Shown: positions 56,324-64,000 of the stretch, piece after piece
Layout: every line of letters starts with the position of its first letter
Numbering within the stretch: position 1 is the stretch's first letter
Source of the DNA: Actinomycetota bacterium
Lineage (GTDB): Bacteria; Actinomycetota; Acidimicrobiia; Spongiisociales; UBA11373
Length of the DNA: 64,000 nt
Assembly: GCA_016870535.1 (NCBI GenBank)
Contig: VGBK01000003.1
Coordinates: 5,914 to 69,913, forward strand
Reading direction: 5' to 3'
The notes under the pieces: model-generated
What the model saw: the letters and a program-made list of their open reading frames with translations, nothing else
What the model was told of the DNA's origin: nothing
Database searches by the model: none
Made by a program: the position numbers and the translations under genes

Positions 56324-56572
56324 GTCATGGCCCGTAGACAGGTTCTGGTGCAGCTCGACGACGACCTCGTGGCGCGCCTGGATGAGTTGGCGGAACGATT
56401 GGCGGTGAGCCGGTCCGCTCTCATGCGGAGAGCCGCTCTCGCCCTGCTGGAGCGGGCGTGGGAGCTGGAGGCCGAGCAGATCACGATCGCGGCTTACCAG
56501 CGGCAGCCTCAGGATCCCGCCTGGGTAGCCACGGCTACTCGCCCGGCGGCGGAGACGGCGCCGGAGTGGTAG
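56309..56572 (+). CDS. Ribbon-helix-helix (CopG/MazE-like) antitoxin.
   Basis: RRQVLVQLDDDLVARLDELAERLAVSRSALMRRAAL RHH pattern. Three possible ATG starts (56309/56321/56327). Confidence 0.7.
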   Translation: MLYHMVMARRQVLVQLDDDLVARLDELAERLAVSRSALMRRAALALLERAWELEAEQITIAAYQRQPQDPAWVATATRPAAETAPEW

Positions 56573-56889
56573 CCCGCAACGAGATCTACTGGGCAAACCT
56601 GGACCCGCCGAGCGGACGTCACCCGGTGTGTGTCCTGACCCGCACGGCCGTCATCCCAATGCTGCACACGATTGCGTGCGCCGCCATCACCCGCACGATT
56701 CGCGGAATCCCCGCCGAGGTCGAAGTCGGCCGGGCCGAGGGCCTCTCCCACCCCGGAGTCATCAACTGCGACACCATCATGGCCGTCCCGAAGGCGATCC
56801 TGGACTCCGAACCGCTGGGAAAGCTGGACGTCGTCAAGCAAGCCGAACTCGACCGCGCCCTGCGCTTCGCTCTGGACATGACCCACTGA
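56566..56889 (+). CDS. MazF/PemK-family endoribonuclease toxin.
   Basis: RNEIYWANLDPPSGRHPVCVLTRTAVIPM...VINCDTIMAVPKAIL. GTG start overlaps the antitoxin TAG (GTGGTAG). Confidence 0.75.
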   Translation: MVARNEIYWANLDPPSGRHPVCVLTRTAVIPMLHTIACAAITRTIRGIPAEVEVGRAEGLSHPGVINCDTIMAVPKAILDSEPLGKLDVVKQAELDRALRFALDMTH

Positions 56890-56968
56890 GGCCGCCCCGG
56901 ATCTCAGGAGCCGGTACCACCGTCCTTAGCTTGCCGGGCCTTGCTCTGCCGCTGCCCCCCGCCCTTCA

Positions 56969-56998
56969 TTGACAGCGAACACCTGTTCGCCCTAGGGT
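56969..56998 (+). promoter_or_regulatory. Promoter with embedded LexA SOS (Cheo) box: TTGACA -35, CGAAC-acct-GTTCG at 56976-56989, TAGGGT -10.
   Basis: Exact match to the actinobacterial/Gram-positive LexA consensus CGAAC-N4-GTTCG, lying in the spacer between the -35 (56969-74) and the TANNNT-type -10 (56993-98). GTG start of the downstream gene is at 57006, which implies a leaderless mRNA. Confidence 0.65.
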
Positions 56999-57005
56999 CG
57001 GGGCC

Positions 57006-58643
57006 GTGGCTCCTTCGGTGCAACGCTGCTTCGACGATCTGGGCACCTCCCTGGCCGAGGTGCCTTTCTGCGTCATCGACCTCGAGACCACCGGAGGCTC
57101 CCCCACCGGGTGCGGCATCACCGAGATCGGCGCCCTGCGGTTCAAGGGCGGCGAACCCGACGGCACGTTCCACACCCTGGTCAACCCCCGGCAGGAGATC
57201 CCAGCCTTCATCACCATCATGACCGGCATCACCCAGGCGATGGTCATCGAGGCCCCGCCCGTTGAGGAGGTGCTGCCCAGCCTGCTCGAGTTCGTGGGCG
57301 ACTCGGTGGTGGTCGGCCACAACGTGCGCTTCGACCTCTCGTTCCTGAACGCCGCCGCGGAGCGCCTCGGCTACGGCCGCCTGCCCAACCGGGCGGTGGA
57401 CACCCTCGCCCTCGCCCGCCGACTGATCCGCAGCGAGGTCCGCGACCTCACCCTGGGCACCCTGGCCGCCTACTTCCGCTCCCCGGTCACCCCCAGCCAC
57501 CGGGCCCTGGAAGACGCCCGGGCCACCGCCGGGGTGCTGTGGGGCCTGCTGGAGCGGGCCGGCGGCCTCGGGGTGACGCACCTGGAGGATCTCCTGCAGT
57601 TGCCCACCGCTCGGGGAGCGGCGCACTACGCCAAGATCCGCCTCGCCGACTCGCTCCCCCGCCGTCCCGGGGTGTACTTGTTCCGCGACCGGGCCGGCGA
57701 GGTCTTCTACGTGGGCAAGGCGGCCAACCTGCGCACCCGGGTGCGGTCCTACTTCTACGGCGACGACCGACGCCGCGCCGACCAGATGCTGCGCGAACTG
57801 GCGGCCATCGACCACCGGGTGTGCGCCACCGAACTGGAGGCCGAGGTGGCCGAACTGCGCCTCATCAGAGCGCACCGCCCCCGCCACAACCGCCGCTCCC
57901 GCCCCACCCCGGCGCCCCACTGGCTGCGCCTGACCGACGAGGCCTTCCCCCGCCTCGCCCTGGCCCGCGGCGTGCGTCCCGGCGAGGGCCTGCTGCACCT
58001 CGGCCCGTTTCGCGGCCGGCCCGCCGCCCGCCTGGTGGCCGAGGCCGTCTGGGATGCCCTGCCGCTGCGGCGCTGCTCCGGTCCCCCCGGCCGACGCGAG
58101 GCCCCCTGCGCCCCGGCGCAACTCGGGGTGGCCCTGTGCCCCTGCGACGGCGCCCTGGACCCGGTCGCCTACCGACGGGTGGTGGACCGCCTGGTGGCCG
58201 GGGTGGAAGACAACCCGGCGACCCTGCTCCAACCTCTGGCCGAGAAGGTGGCCGCCCTGGCCCGCGACGGGCGCTTCGAAGAGGCCGGATGGGTGCGAGA
58301 TCGCCACCACGCCCTGGCGCGGGCCCTCGAGAGGCGGCGGGCCTGGCAGGCTCTCGCCCGGGGCGGCCTGATCTGCGTCGAGCACCCCGAAGGCGGCGGG
58401 GCCCTCATCGAGCACGGGCGCCTGGCCGCTTCATGGGAGAGCGGAGGCCGCCCGCCCCTGCTGCCCCTGCCCGACGCTGTGCCGGGCAACCCCCCCGAGG
58501 TTCCCTCCGACCCAGGCGATGCCGAGGAGGCCGACATCCTGTGGCGGTGGCTGAGCAAGCCCGGAATCAGGCTGCTGGAAGCGTCGGGGCCGCTGGCCCT
58601 GCCGACCCGGCCGGTGGCCCGCCTGGAACGCGTCGACCTCTAG
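57006..58643 (+). CDS. Cho-like nuclease: DEDDh 3'-5' exonuclease (DnaQ-like) domain fused to a GIY-YIG (UvrC N-terminal-like) domain.
   Basis: Exo motifs VIDLETTG, HNVRFDLSFL and HRALEDARAT. GIY-YIG PGVYLFRDRAGEVFYVGKAANLRTRVRSY. UvrC-like Cys cluster downstream. Confidence 0.8.
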   Translation: MAPSVQRCFDDLGTSLAEVPFCVIDLETTGGSPTGCGITEIGALRFKGGEPDGTFHTLVNPRQEIPAFITIMTGITQAMVIEAPPVEEVLPSLLEFVGDSVVVGHNVRFDLSFLNAAAERLGYGRLPNRAVDTLALARRLIRSEVRDLTLGTLAAYFRSPVTPSHRALEDARATAGVLWGLLERAGGLGVTHLEDLLQLPTARGAAHYAKIRLADSLPRRPGVYLFRDRAGEVFYVGKAANLRTRVRSYFYGDDRRRADQMLRELAAIDHRVCATELEAEVAELRLIRAHRPRHNRRSRPTPAPHWLRLTDEAFPRLALARGVRPGEGLLHLGPFRGRPAARLVAEAVWDALPLRRCSGPPGRREAPCAPAQLGVALCPCDGALDPVAYRRVVDRLVAGVEDNPATLLQPLAEKVAALARDGRFEEAGWVRDRHHALARALERRRAWQALARGGLICVEHPEGGGALIEHGRLAASWESGGRPPLLPLPDAVPGNPPEVPSDPGDAEEADILWRWLSKPGIRLLEASGPLALPTRPVARLERVDL

Positions 58644-59308
58644 GACGGCGCCGCGCCGAAGGCCAGCCGGATGCCGTGGCGCCGCAGGCCGAAGCGGAAC
58701 ACGGCGTACGAGGCGGCGATGGCCAGGGCCTTCACCCCGGCGGCGATGGCGGTGCGGTAGCCCACGTAGGCGGCCACCGTCTCGCGCCCCAGCAGGTACC
58801 AGCCCAGGAAGGCGAGCAGCAGGAACACCACGGCCCACAGCACGGTGATGGCGGCGAAGACCCGCCGCAGGCGCGGCGAGGCTCCGGCCCCCTCCAGAGG
58901 CACGAAGTCGTGAGCCAGCCGATGGGCCAGCGATCGCCCGGCGGGCAGAGACGCCAGGAATACCAGGCCCAGCGCCGCCTCCCCCACCACGGGTTGCAGG
59001 AAGTAGACGTCGGTGTTGCCCGTGAGGGCCGTCGCCAGTACCCGGGCCAGCAGGGTCACCACCGCCAGCACCAGCAGACCGCTCACCCCGCCCCGAATCA
59101 TCCGGCGGCCCAGGGCGCCGAGCGACCACACCAGCGCGGCGATCATGCCGCCCCAGACCCCGCCCAGCCAGAAGCCCAGGTAGAAGAGCCCGGTGGGCAC
59201 CAGCACTCCCTCGACCACCACCGGGAGGGCCCGGCGCACCAGCGCCCCGATCGCCGGGAGGTGGAGCACGGAGAGGGTTGAGACCGTCGGCGCCGGAGCG
59301 CTTTCCAT
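58640..59308 (-). CDS. Integral membrane protein, function unknown.
   Basis: Six predicted TM helices. Start is ambiguous: 59353 in the track, or ATG about 59308. Confidence 0.5.
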   Translation of the reverse strand: MESAPAPTVSTLSVLHLPAIGALVRRALPVVVEGVLVPTGLFYLGFWLGGVWGGMIAALVWSLGALGRRMIRGGVSGLLVLAVVTLLARVLATALTGNTDVYFLQPVVGEAALGLVFLASLPAGRSLAHRLAHDFVPLEGAGASPRLRRVFAAITVLWAVVFLLLAFLGWYLLGRETVAAYVGYRTAIAAGVKALAIAASYAVFRFGLRRHGIRLAFGAAPS

Positions 59309-59478
59309 GTGGAGGGATGCGGGCACGGGGGTCTCTATCGGTCGCGAGGGCACAGAGTCTGTAGGGGGCTTCGGGAGCCGCCTCCCATCGGGAAGCCGGC
59401 CATCCCGGGGACGCCTCGCACCCTACCCCGGCGGCGGACTATGCCAAATCGCGCCGTCGGCCCCGGGCTACTCCCCTC

Positions 59479-61113
59479 TCAGGTCACCAGCACCACCGGG
59501 ATCACCACCGCCTTGCGGGACTTCTGGCCGCGGGTGACCCGGTTCACCGCCTGCACCATGCGGCGCCGCATCGCCTCGAGATCTGGGGGACCCCCGGACA
59601 TGGCGGCCAATTCCTCGGCCACCACCGCCGCCGCCTGCGCCAGCACTGGGGCCGGTTCCTCCACGAAGCCGTGGCTCTCGAGGTCGGGCCCCTCCACGAC
59701 CTCCCCGCTGCGCCCGTCCACCGCCACCACCACCACGATCACCCCGTCCTCGCACAGGTGCCGCCGGTCCCGGATGATGCCGGTTCCCCCGCCGGCCACC
59801 TCCAGGCCGTCCACGAACACCTGCCGGGCGGGCACCGCCCCGCGCTCCACCCGGGTCTCGGCGCCGTCGAGCACCAGGCGGTCGCCGTCCTCACACACGA
59901 CCACCTCCGGCACTCCCATCTGCCGGGCCAGGGCGGCGTGGGCGCTCAGGTGGCGGTACTCCCCGTGCACCGGCACGAACGCCTTCGGGCGCACCACGTT
60001 CAGGAAGGTGCGCAACTCCTCCTGGGCCCCGTGGCCGGAGACGTGGATGGGGGCGTTGTCCCCGTGGAAGACCCGCGCCCCGAGGCGGAGCAACCCGTTG
60101 ATGACCCGCGACATCCGAGTCTCGTTGCCCGGAATGGGCCGGGCCGAGATCAGCACCGTGTCCCCTTCCTCGACCTTCACCCAGCGGTGGTCCCCCGAGG
60201 CCATCAGCGACAGAGCGGCGAAAGGCTCCCCCTGCGACCCGGTACACACCACCGCGGTGCGGTGCGCCGGCAGAGTCAGCACTTCCTCGATGGGGATCAC
60301 CGCGTCGGGCGGAATCCGCAGCGGCCCCAATGCCTCCCCGATGGCCACGTTGCGCTGCATCGACCGGCCCAGGAAGGCCACGTAGCGGCCGCAGTCGACC
60401 GCCGCCTCCACGATCTGCTGGACCCGGTGCAGGTGACTGGCGAAGCAGGCGGCGATCAGCCGTCCGCGGCTCTCCACCACCAGTTCGTACAGCGGCCGCG
60501 CCAGCGACGACTCGCTGGGAACGAAGCCCGGTTCCTCGGCATTGGTGCTGTCGGCCAGGAGCAGACGCACCCCCTGCCGCCCCAGCGCGGCGAACTCGGG
60601 CAGGTCGGTGGGCACCCCGTCGATCGGGGTGGGGTCCAGTTTGAAGTCCCCGCTGTGCACCACCAGGCCCTCCGGGGTGTCGAAGGCCACCCCCGCCCCC
60701 TGCGGGATGCTGTGGGAGACGGGGATCAGCATGAAGCGGAACGGGCCGTGCTGCACCCACTCCTTCGGAGCCACCGGCCGGAGGTCGGTTGTCAGACCGG
60801 CCTCTTCGATCCGGCTGCGGGCCAGTTCAACGGTCAGGGGCGTCCCGTAGACCGGGACCGGGGCCTCCGCCAGCAGGTAGGCCAGGGCCCCCACGTGGTC
60901 CTCGTGCCCGTGGGTGAGCACCACGCACTCCAGGTCGCCCCGCCGAGCGAGCACCGAGGCGAAGTCGGGCAGCACGAGGTCGACCCCGAGCATGCCCTCT
61001 TCGGGGAACATGAGCCCGCAGTCGATCAGCGCCAGGCGCCCCGCCACCTCCAGCGCGGCGCAGTTGCGCCCCACCTCTCCCAGACCCCCCAGGAAGGACA
61101 GGGCGACGCTCAT
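59479..61113 (-). CDS. rnj: Ribonuclease J.
   Basis: Metallo-beta-lactamase HGHEDH motif, beta-CASP domain, and RNase J C-terminal domain. Internal ATG start (MSVALSFLGGLGEVGRN), ATGA overlap with the dapA stop. Confidence 0.9.
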   Translation of the reverse strand: MSVALSFLGGLGEVGRNCAALEVAGRLALIDCGLMFPEEGMLGVDLVLPDFASVLARRGDLECVVLTHGHEDHVGALAYLLAEAPVPVYGTPLTVELARSRIEEAGLTTDLRPVAPKEWVQHGPFRFMLIPVSHSIPQGAGVAFDTPEGLVVHSGDFKLDPTPIDGVPTDLPEFAALGRQGVRLLLADSTNAEEPGFVPSESSLARPLYELVVESRGRLIAACFASHLHRVQQIVEAAVDCGRYVAFLGRSMQRNVAIGEALGPLRIPPDAVIPIEEVLTLPAHRTAVVCTGSQGEPFAALSLMASGDHRWVKVEEGDTVLISARPIPGNETRMSRVINGLLRLGARVFHGDNAPIHVSGHGAQEELRTFLNVVRPKAFVPVHGEYRHLSAHAALARQMGVPEVVVCEDGDRLVLDGAETRVERGAVPARQVFVDGLEVAGGGTGIIRDRRHLCEDGVIVVVVAVDGRSGEVVEGPDLESHGFVEEPAPVLAQAAAVVAEELAAMSGGPPDLEAMRRRMVQAVNRVTRGQKSRKAVVIPVVLVT

Positions 61114-62030
61114 GCCTGCTGGGCCGCCGCCAGCGCTTCCTCCACCGCGGCCACGGTGGCCGCCGCCGCCGGCACCAGGGGCAGGCGCGGCACCCCCACC
61201 GGGGCCCACAGGCGGTCCATCGCCGCCTTCACCGGGATCGGGTTGGGCTCCAGGAACAGGGCACGGCACAGGGGGGCCAGGGCAAGGTGCAAGCGCCGGG
61301 CCTCCTCCAGACGCCCAGCGGCCGCCGCCTCCACCAGTTGCTTCACCTGGATGCCGGCGAGGTGCGCGGCCACGGAGACCACCCCCACCCCCCCTACGGC
61401 CATGATGGGCAGGGTGTTGACGTCGTCACCGGAATACACCGCCATCGCCCCCTCCACCGCGGCGACCGTCTCGGTGGTGAAAGCCGGATCCCCGACGGCG
61501 TCCTTGACCGCCACGATGCCGGGATTGGCAGCCAGGCGGGCCAGGGTGTCCACCTCGATGCGGCGGCCGGTGCGGGCCGGGATGTTGTAGAGCATCACCG
61601 GCAGCGGGCCGGCCGCGGCGATGGCCTCGAAGTGGGCTACCAGGCCTGCCTGCGGCGGCCGGCTGTAGTAGGGGGTCACCGCCATGACCGCATAGCATCC
61701 GGCCTCTGCGGCGCGCCGGGTCAGCACCACCGAGTGTGCTGTGTCGTAGGTGCCGGTGCCGGCCACGACGCGGGCGCGCCCCCCTACCGCCTCGACCACG
61801 GTGCGGAACAGGGCCACCTTCTCGTCGTCGGACAGCGTGGCCGATTCGCCGGTGGACCCGGCCACCACGATCCCGTCGCTGCCGGTATCCACCAGGTGAT
61901 GGGCCAGCTCCCACACCCGGGCATAGTCCACCGCCCCGTCGGGAGCGAACGGGGTGATCATCGCGGTCAGCAGGCGCCCGAAGGGGGCGGTCACGACTCC
62001 TCCCGGCTTGGCTGCAGCCGACGGTAGCAT
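61110..62030 (-). CDS. dapA: 4-hydroxy-tetrahydrodipicolinate synthase.
   Basis: Active-site Lys region GIVAVKDA, and TAMITPF, GTTGES motifs. Start may be GTG at about 61994. Confidence 0.9.
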   Translation of the reverse strand: MLPSAAAKPGGVVTAPFGRLLTAMITPFAPDGAVDYARVWELAHHLVDTGSDGIVVAGSTGESATLSDDEKVALFRTVVEAVGGRARVVAGTGTYDTAHSVVLTRRAAEAGCYAVMAVTPYYSRPPQAGLVAHFEAIAAAGPLPVMLYNIPARTGRRIEVDTLARLAANPGIVAVKDAVGDPAFTTETVAAVEGAMAVYSGDDVNTLPIMAVGGVGVVSVAAHLAGIQVKQLVEAAAAGRLEEARRLHLALAPLCRALFLEPNPIPVKAAMDRLWAPVGVPRLPLVPAAAATVAAVEEALAAAQQA

Positions 62031-62091
62031 CCGGCCGCTCGCATCTCAGGGCGGGAATGCTCCGCCACCGCGAGCGGTTCTGAAGGGCGAC

Positions 62092-62922
62092 ATGGCGGTC
62101 AAGGACATAGGCCAGCAGGCGTTCGGTCTCGAGGTGCTGCAGCGCAGCCACGAGGTTCCCGTGGTGGTGGACTTCTGGGCCTCGTGGTGCGGGCCCTGCA
62201 AGGTGCTCGGCCCGGTCCTCGAGAAGGTCGCCGCCGAGCACGAGGGGGCGTTGGAACTGGTCAAGATCGACGTCGACGGCAACCCGGCCCTGGCCTCGCA
62301 GTTCGGGGTGCAGAGCATCCCCACCGTCCTCGCCTTCAAGGATGGGCGCCCTGTGGCCCGCTTCACCGGGGCCCTCCCCGAGGATGCGGTGCGCCGGTGG
62401 GCGGCCGCTCTGCTCCCCACCGAGATCGATCGCCTGGTCGAGCAGGCCCGCGACGCCGTCCTCGAAGGAGACCAACTCCGCGCCGAAGCCACCTTCCGCC
62501 GCATCCTCGACGACGACCCCGGCCACGCCGACGCCGGCACCGGCCTGGCGGCGCTCCTCATCGCCCGGGGCGACACCGCGGAAGCGCTGATCCTGCTGGG
62601 CAGGCTGGCGCGGTCGGCCGAAGTCGAGCACCTCGAAGCCGCCGCCCGCCTCGCCGCCGCCCGGGGAGGCGACCTCCACGCCCTCGAGGCCCGGTTGACC
62701 GCCGACCCCGGCGACCACCAGGCCCGCCTCGAGCTGGGCCGCGCCCTCGCCGCTCGCAACGAGTACGAACCCGCCCTCGATCACCTGCTCGCCGTGGTGA
62801 AGGCCGGTGGGACCACCCGCGACGCAGCGCGCCAGGCCATGGTCGACGTGTTCGGGGTGCTGGGCGTCTCCCACCCCCTGACCCTCGCCTACCGCCGGGC
62901 CCTGGCCAGCGCCCTGCACTGA
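62092..62922 (+). CDS. Thioredoxin-domain protein with C-terminal TPR-like domain (YbbN/CnoX-like).
   Basis: WCGPC active site, then helical repeats. Internal ATG (MAVKDIGQQ) used; the track ORF from 61954 overlaps the dapA 5' region. Confidence 0.8.
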   Translation: MAVKDIGQQAFGLEVLQRSHEVPVVVDFWASWCGPCKVLGPVLEKVAAEHEGALELVKIDVDGNPALASQFGVQSIPTVLAFKDGRPVARFTGALPEDAVRRWAAALLPTEIDRLVEQARDAVLEGDQLRAEATFRRILDDDPGHADAGTGLAALLIARGDTAEALILLGRLARSAEVEHLEAAARLAAARGGDLHALEARLTADPGDHQARLELGRALAARNEYEPALDHLLAVVKAGGTTRDAARQAMVDVFGVLGVSHPLTLAYRRALASALH

Positions 62923-62925
62923 GCC

Positions 62926-63687
62926 CTACGCCAGCAGCGCCTCCAGGCCCACGGTCACCGGTTCCGGCAGCGTCCCCACCCGCCGCACGGCCAGCAGCAC
63001 CCCCGGCAGGAAGGCCGCCCGGTCGGTGGTGTCGTGGCGGATGGTGAGGGTCTCCCCTTCCGCACCCAGCACGACCTCCTGGTGGGCCAGCAGGCCGGGC
63101 AGGCGCACGGCGTGGATCCGCACTCCCTCGACCGCCGCCCCCCGGGCCCCCGCGGCCGTCTCCGCCGACTCCACCGCCCGCTCCTGCCGGCCCCCGGCGG
63201 CCGCCATCCCGGCGGCAGTGGCCAGCGCCGTCCCCGAGGGGGCGTCGGCCTTGCGGTCGTGGTGCCACTCGATTATCTCGGCGGCGGCGAAGTGGGGGGC
63301 GGCGGCGGCGGCGAAGCGCATCATGAGCACCGCCCCAATGGAGAAGTTCGGCACCACCAGGCAGTTCGGGGGAGCGCTCCCCCAGGTCTGCCGCAAGGAG
63401 GCGAGGCGGGGGGCATCGAAGCCCGAAGTGCCCACCACGACGTGCCGGCCCAGGGCACGCCAGAGCGCCAGGTTCCCCTCGACCACCTCGGGCCGGGTGA
63501 ACTCCACCACCACCTCGGCGGCGCCCACGGCCTCCGGGTCCGTGCCGACACGGATCCCGCCCGCCGCCTGCCCGGCCGCGGCCGGGTCGTAGGCGGCCAC
63601 CAGGTCGAGGTCCGCCGCCCCGGCCACCGCCTCGCACACCAGGCGGCCCATGCGCCCCGCCGCCCCGGACACCGCCACTCGGATCAT
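62926..63687 (-). CDS. dapB: 4-hydroxy-tetrahydrodipicolinate reductase.
   Basis: MIRVAVSGAAGRMGR Rossmann N-terminus and EIIEWHHDRKADAPSGTA catalytic region. Confidence 0.9.
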   Translation of the reverse strand: MIRVAVSGAAGRMGRLVCEAVAGAADLDLVAAYDPAAAGQAAGGIRVGTDPEAVGAAEVVVEFTRPEVVEGNLALWRALGRHVVVGTSGFDAPRLASLRQTWGSAPPNCLVVPNFSIGAVLMMRFAAAAAPHFAAAEIIEWHHDRKADAPSGTALATAAGMAAAGGRQERAVESAETAAGARGAAVEGVRIHAVRLPGLLAHQEVVLGAEGETLTIRHDTTDRAAFLPGVLLAVRRVGTLPEPVTVGLEALLA

Positions 63688-64000
63688 CGCACGAACCCTT
63701 CCAGCTCCGGGACTTCGAACGGGCCCACCGCCCCCAGAACGCGCGGCGAGGAGAACACCTCCTGTGCCACCCGGTGGACCTCTTCCGCGGTGACCCCCTC
63801 TATGGCGGCCACCGTTTCATCCAGCGACAGGTGCCCCACGCCGGTCAACTCGTGGCGGCCCAGGCGGATCATGCGGCTGTTGGTCTCCTCCATCGACAGG
63901 GCCAGCGACCCCTTCATGTTCCCCTTGGCTCGCTCCAACTCGTCGGGGGCGACCCCCTCGTCGGCCAGGCGCCCTAGAGCCTGGCGAATCAGGTCCAGGA
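63684..64000 (-). CDS. M16-family (pitrilysin-like) zinc peptidase, C-terminal part; the 5' end lies outside the window.
   Basis: Open frame continues to the window edge (..LIRQALGRLADEGVAPDELERAKGNMKGSL..). M16 inactive-domain-like sequence. Upstream of dapB, as is typical in Actinomycetota. Confidence 0.6.
   Translation of the reverse strand, partial: LDLIRQALGRLADEGVAPDELERAKGNMKGSLALSMEETNSRMIRLGRHELTGVGHLSLDETVAAIEGVTAEEVHRVAQEVFSSPRVLGAVGPFEVPELEGFVR

Overview
High-GC (~70%+) chromosomal segment, almost certainly from an Actinomycetota genome, and densely coding. The left third (1-17.2 kb) is a complete minus-strand division/cell-wall (dcw) cluster: mraZ-rsmH-ftsL-ftsI-murE-mraY-murD-ftsW-murG-murC-murB-ftsQ-ftsZ-pgeF-ylmE-sepF-ylmG. 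Adjacent cistrons are tightly coupled through ATGA/GTGA overlaps. ylmG converges on the 3' end of ileS. No murF or divIVA is present at the usual positions. The rest of the window is mostly housekeeping: a fabD-fabH-fabG-acpP-fabF operon, glgP-type alpha-glucan phosphorylase, zwf, metK, kynureninase, dapA/dapB, RNase J, queG and dinB. Accessory-looking modules are interspersed. These are an HNH nuclease with a degenerate serine-recombinase-domain protein and an unassignable 216-aa protein; a MoxR-DUF58-transglutaminase triad; two type II toxin-antitoxin loci (DUF1778/GNAT and RHH/MazF) with recognisable operators; an hsp20 gene behind an AT-rich sigma70-like promoter island; and a Cho-like exonuclease/GIY-YIG gene preceded by a perfect actinobacterial LexA (Cheo) box and apparently leaderless. 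No rRNA, tRNA or CRISPR was found. Many long ORFs in the track are antisense or read-through artefacts of the high GC content and were not called. Motif coordinates outside coding frames were read from the printed sequence by eye and may be off by a few bases.
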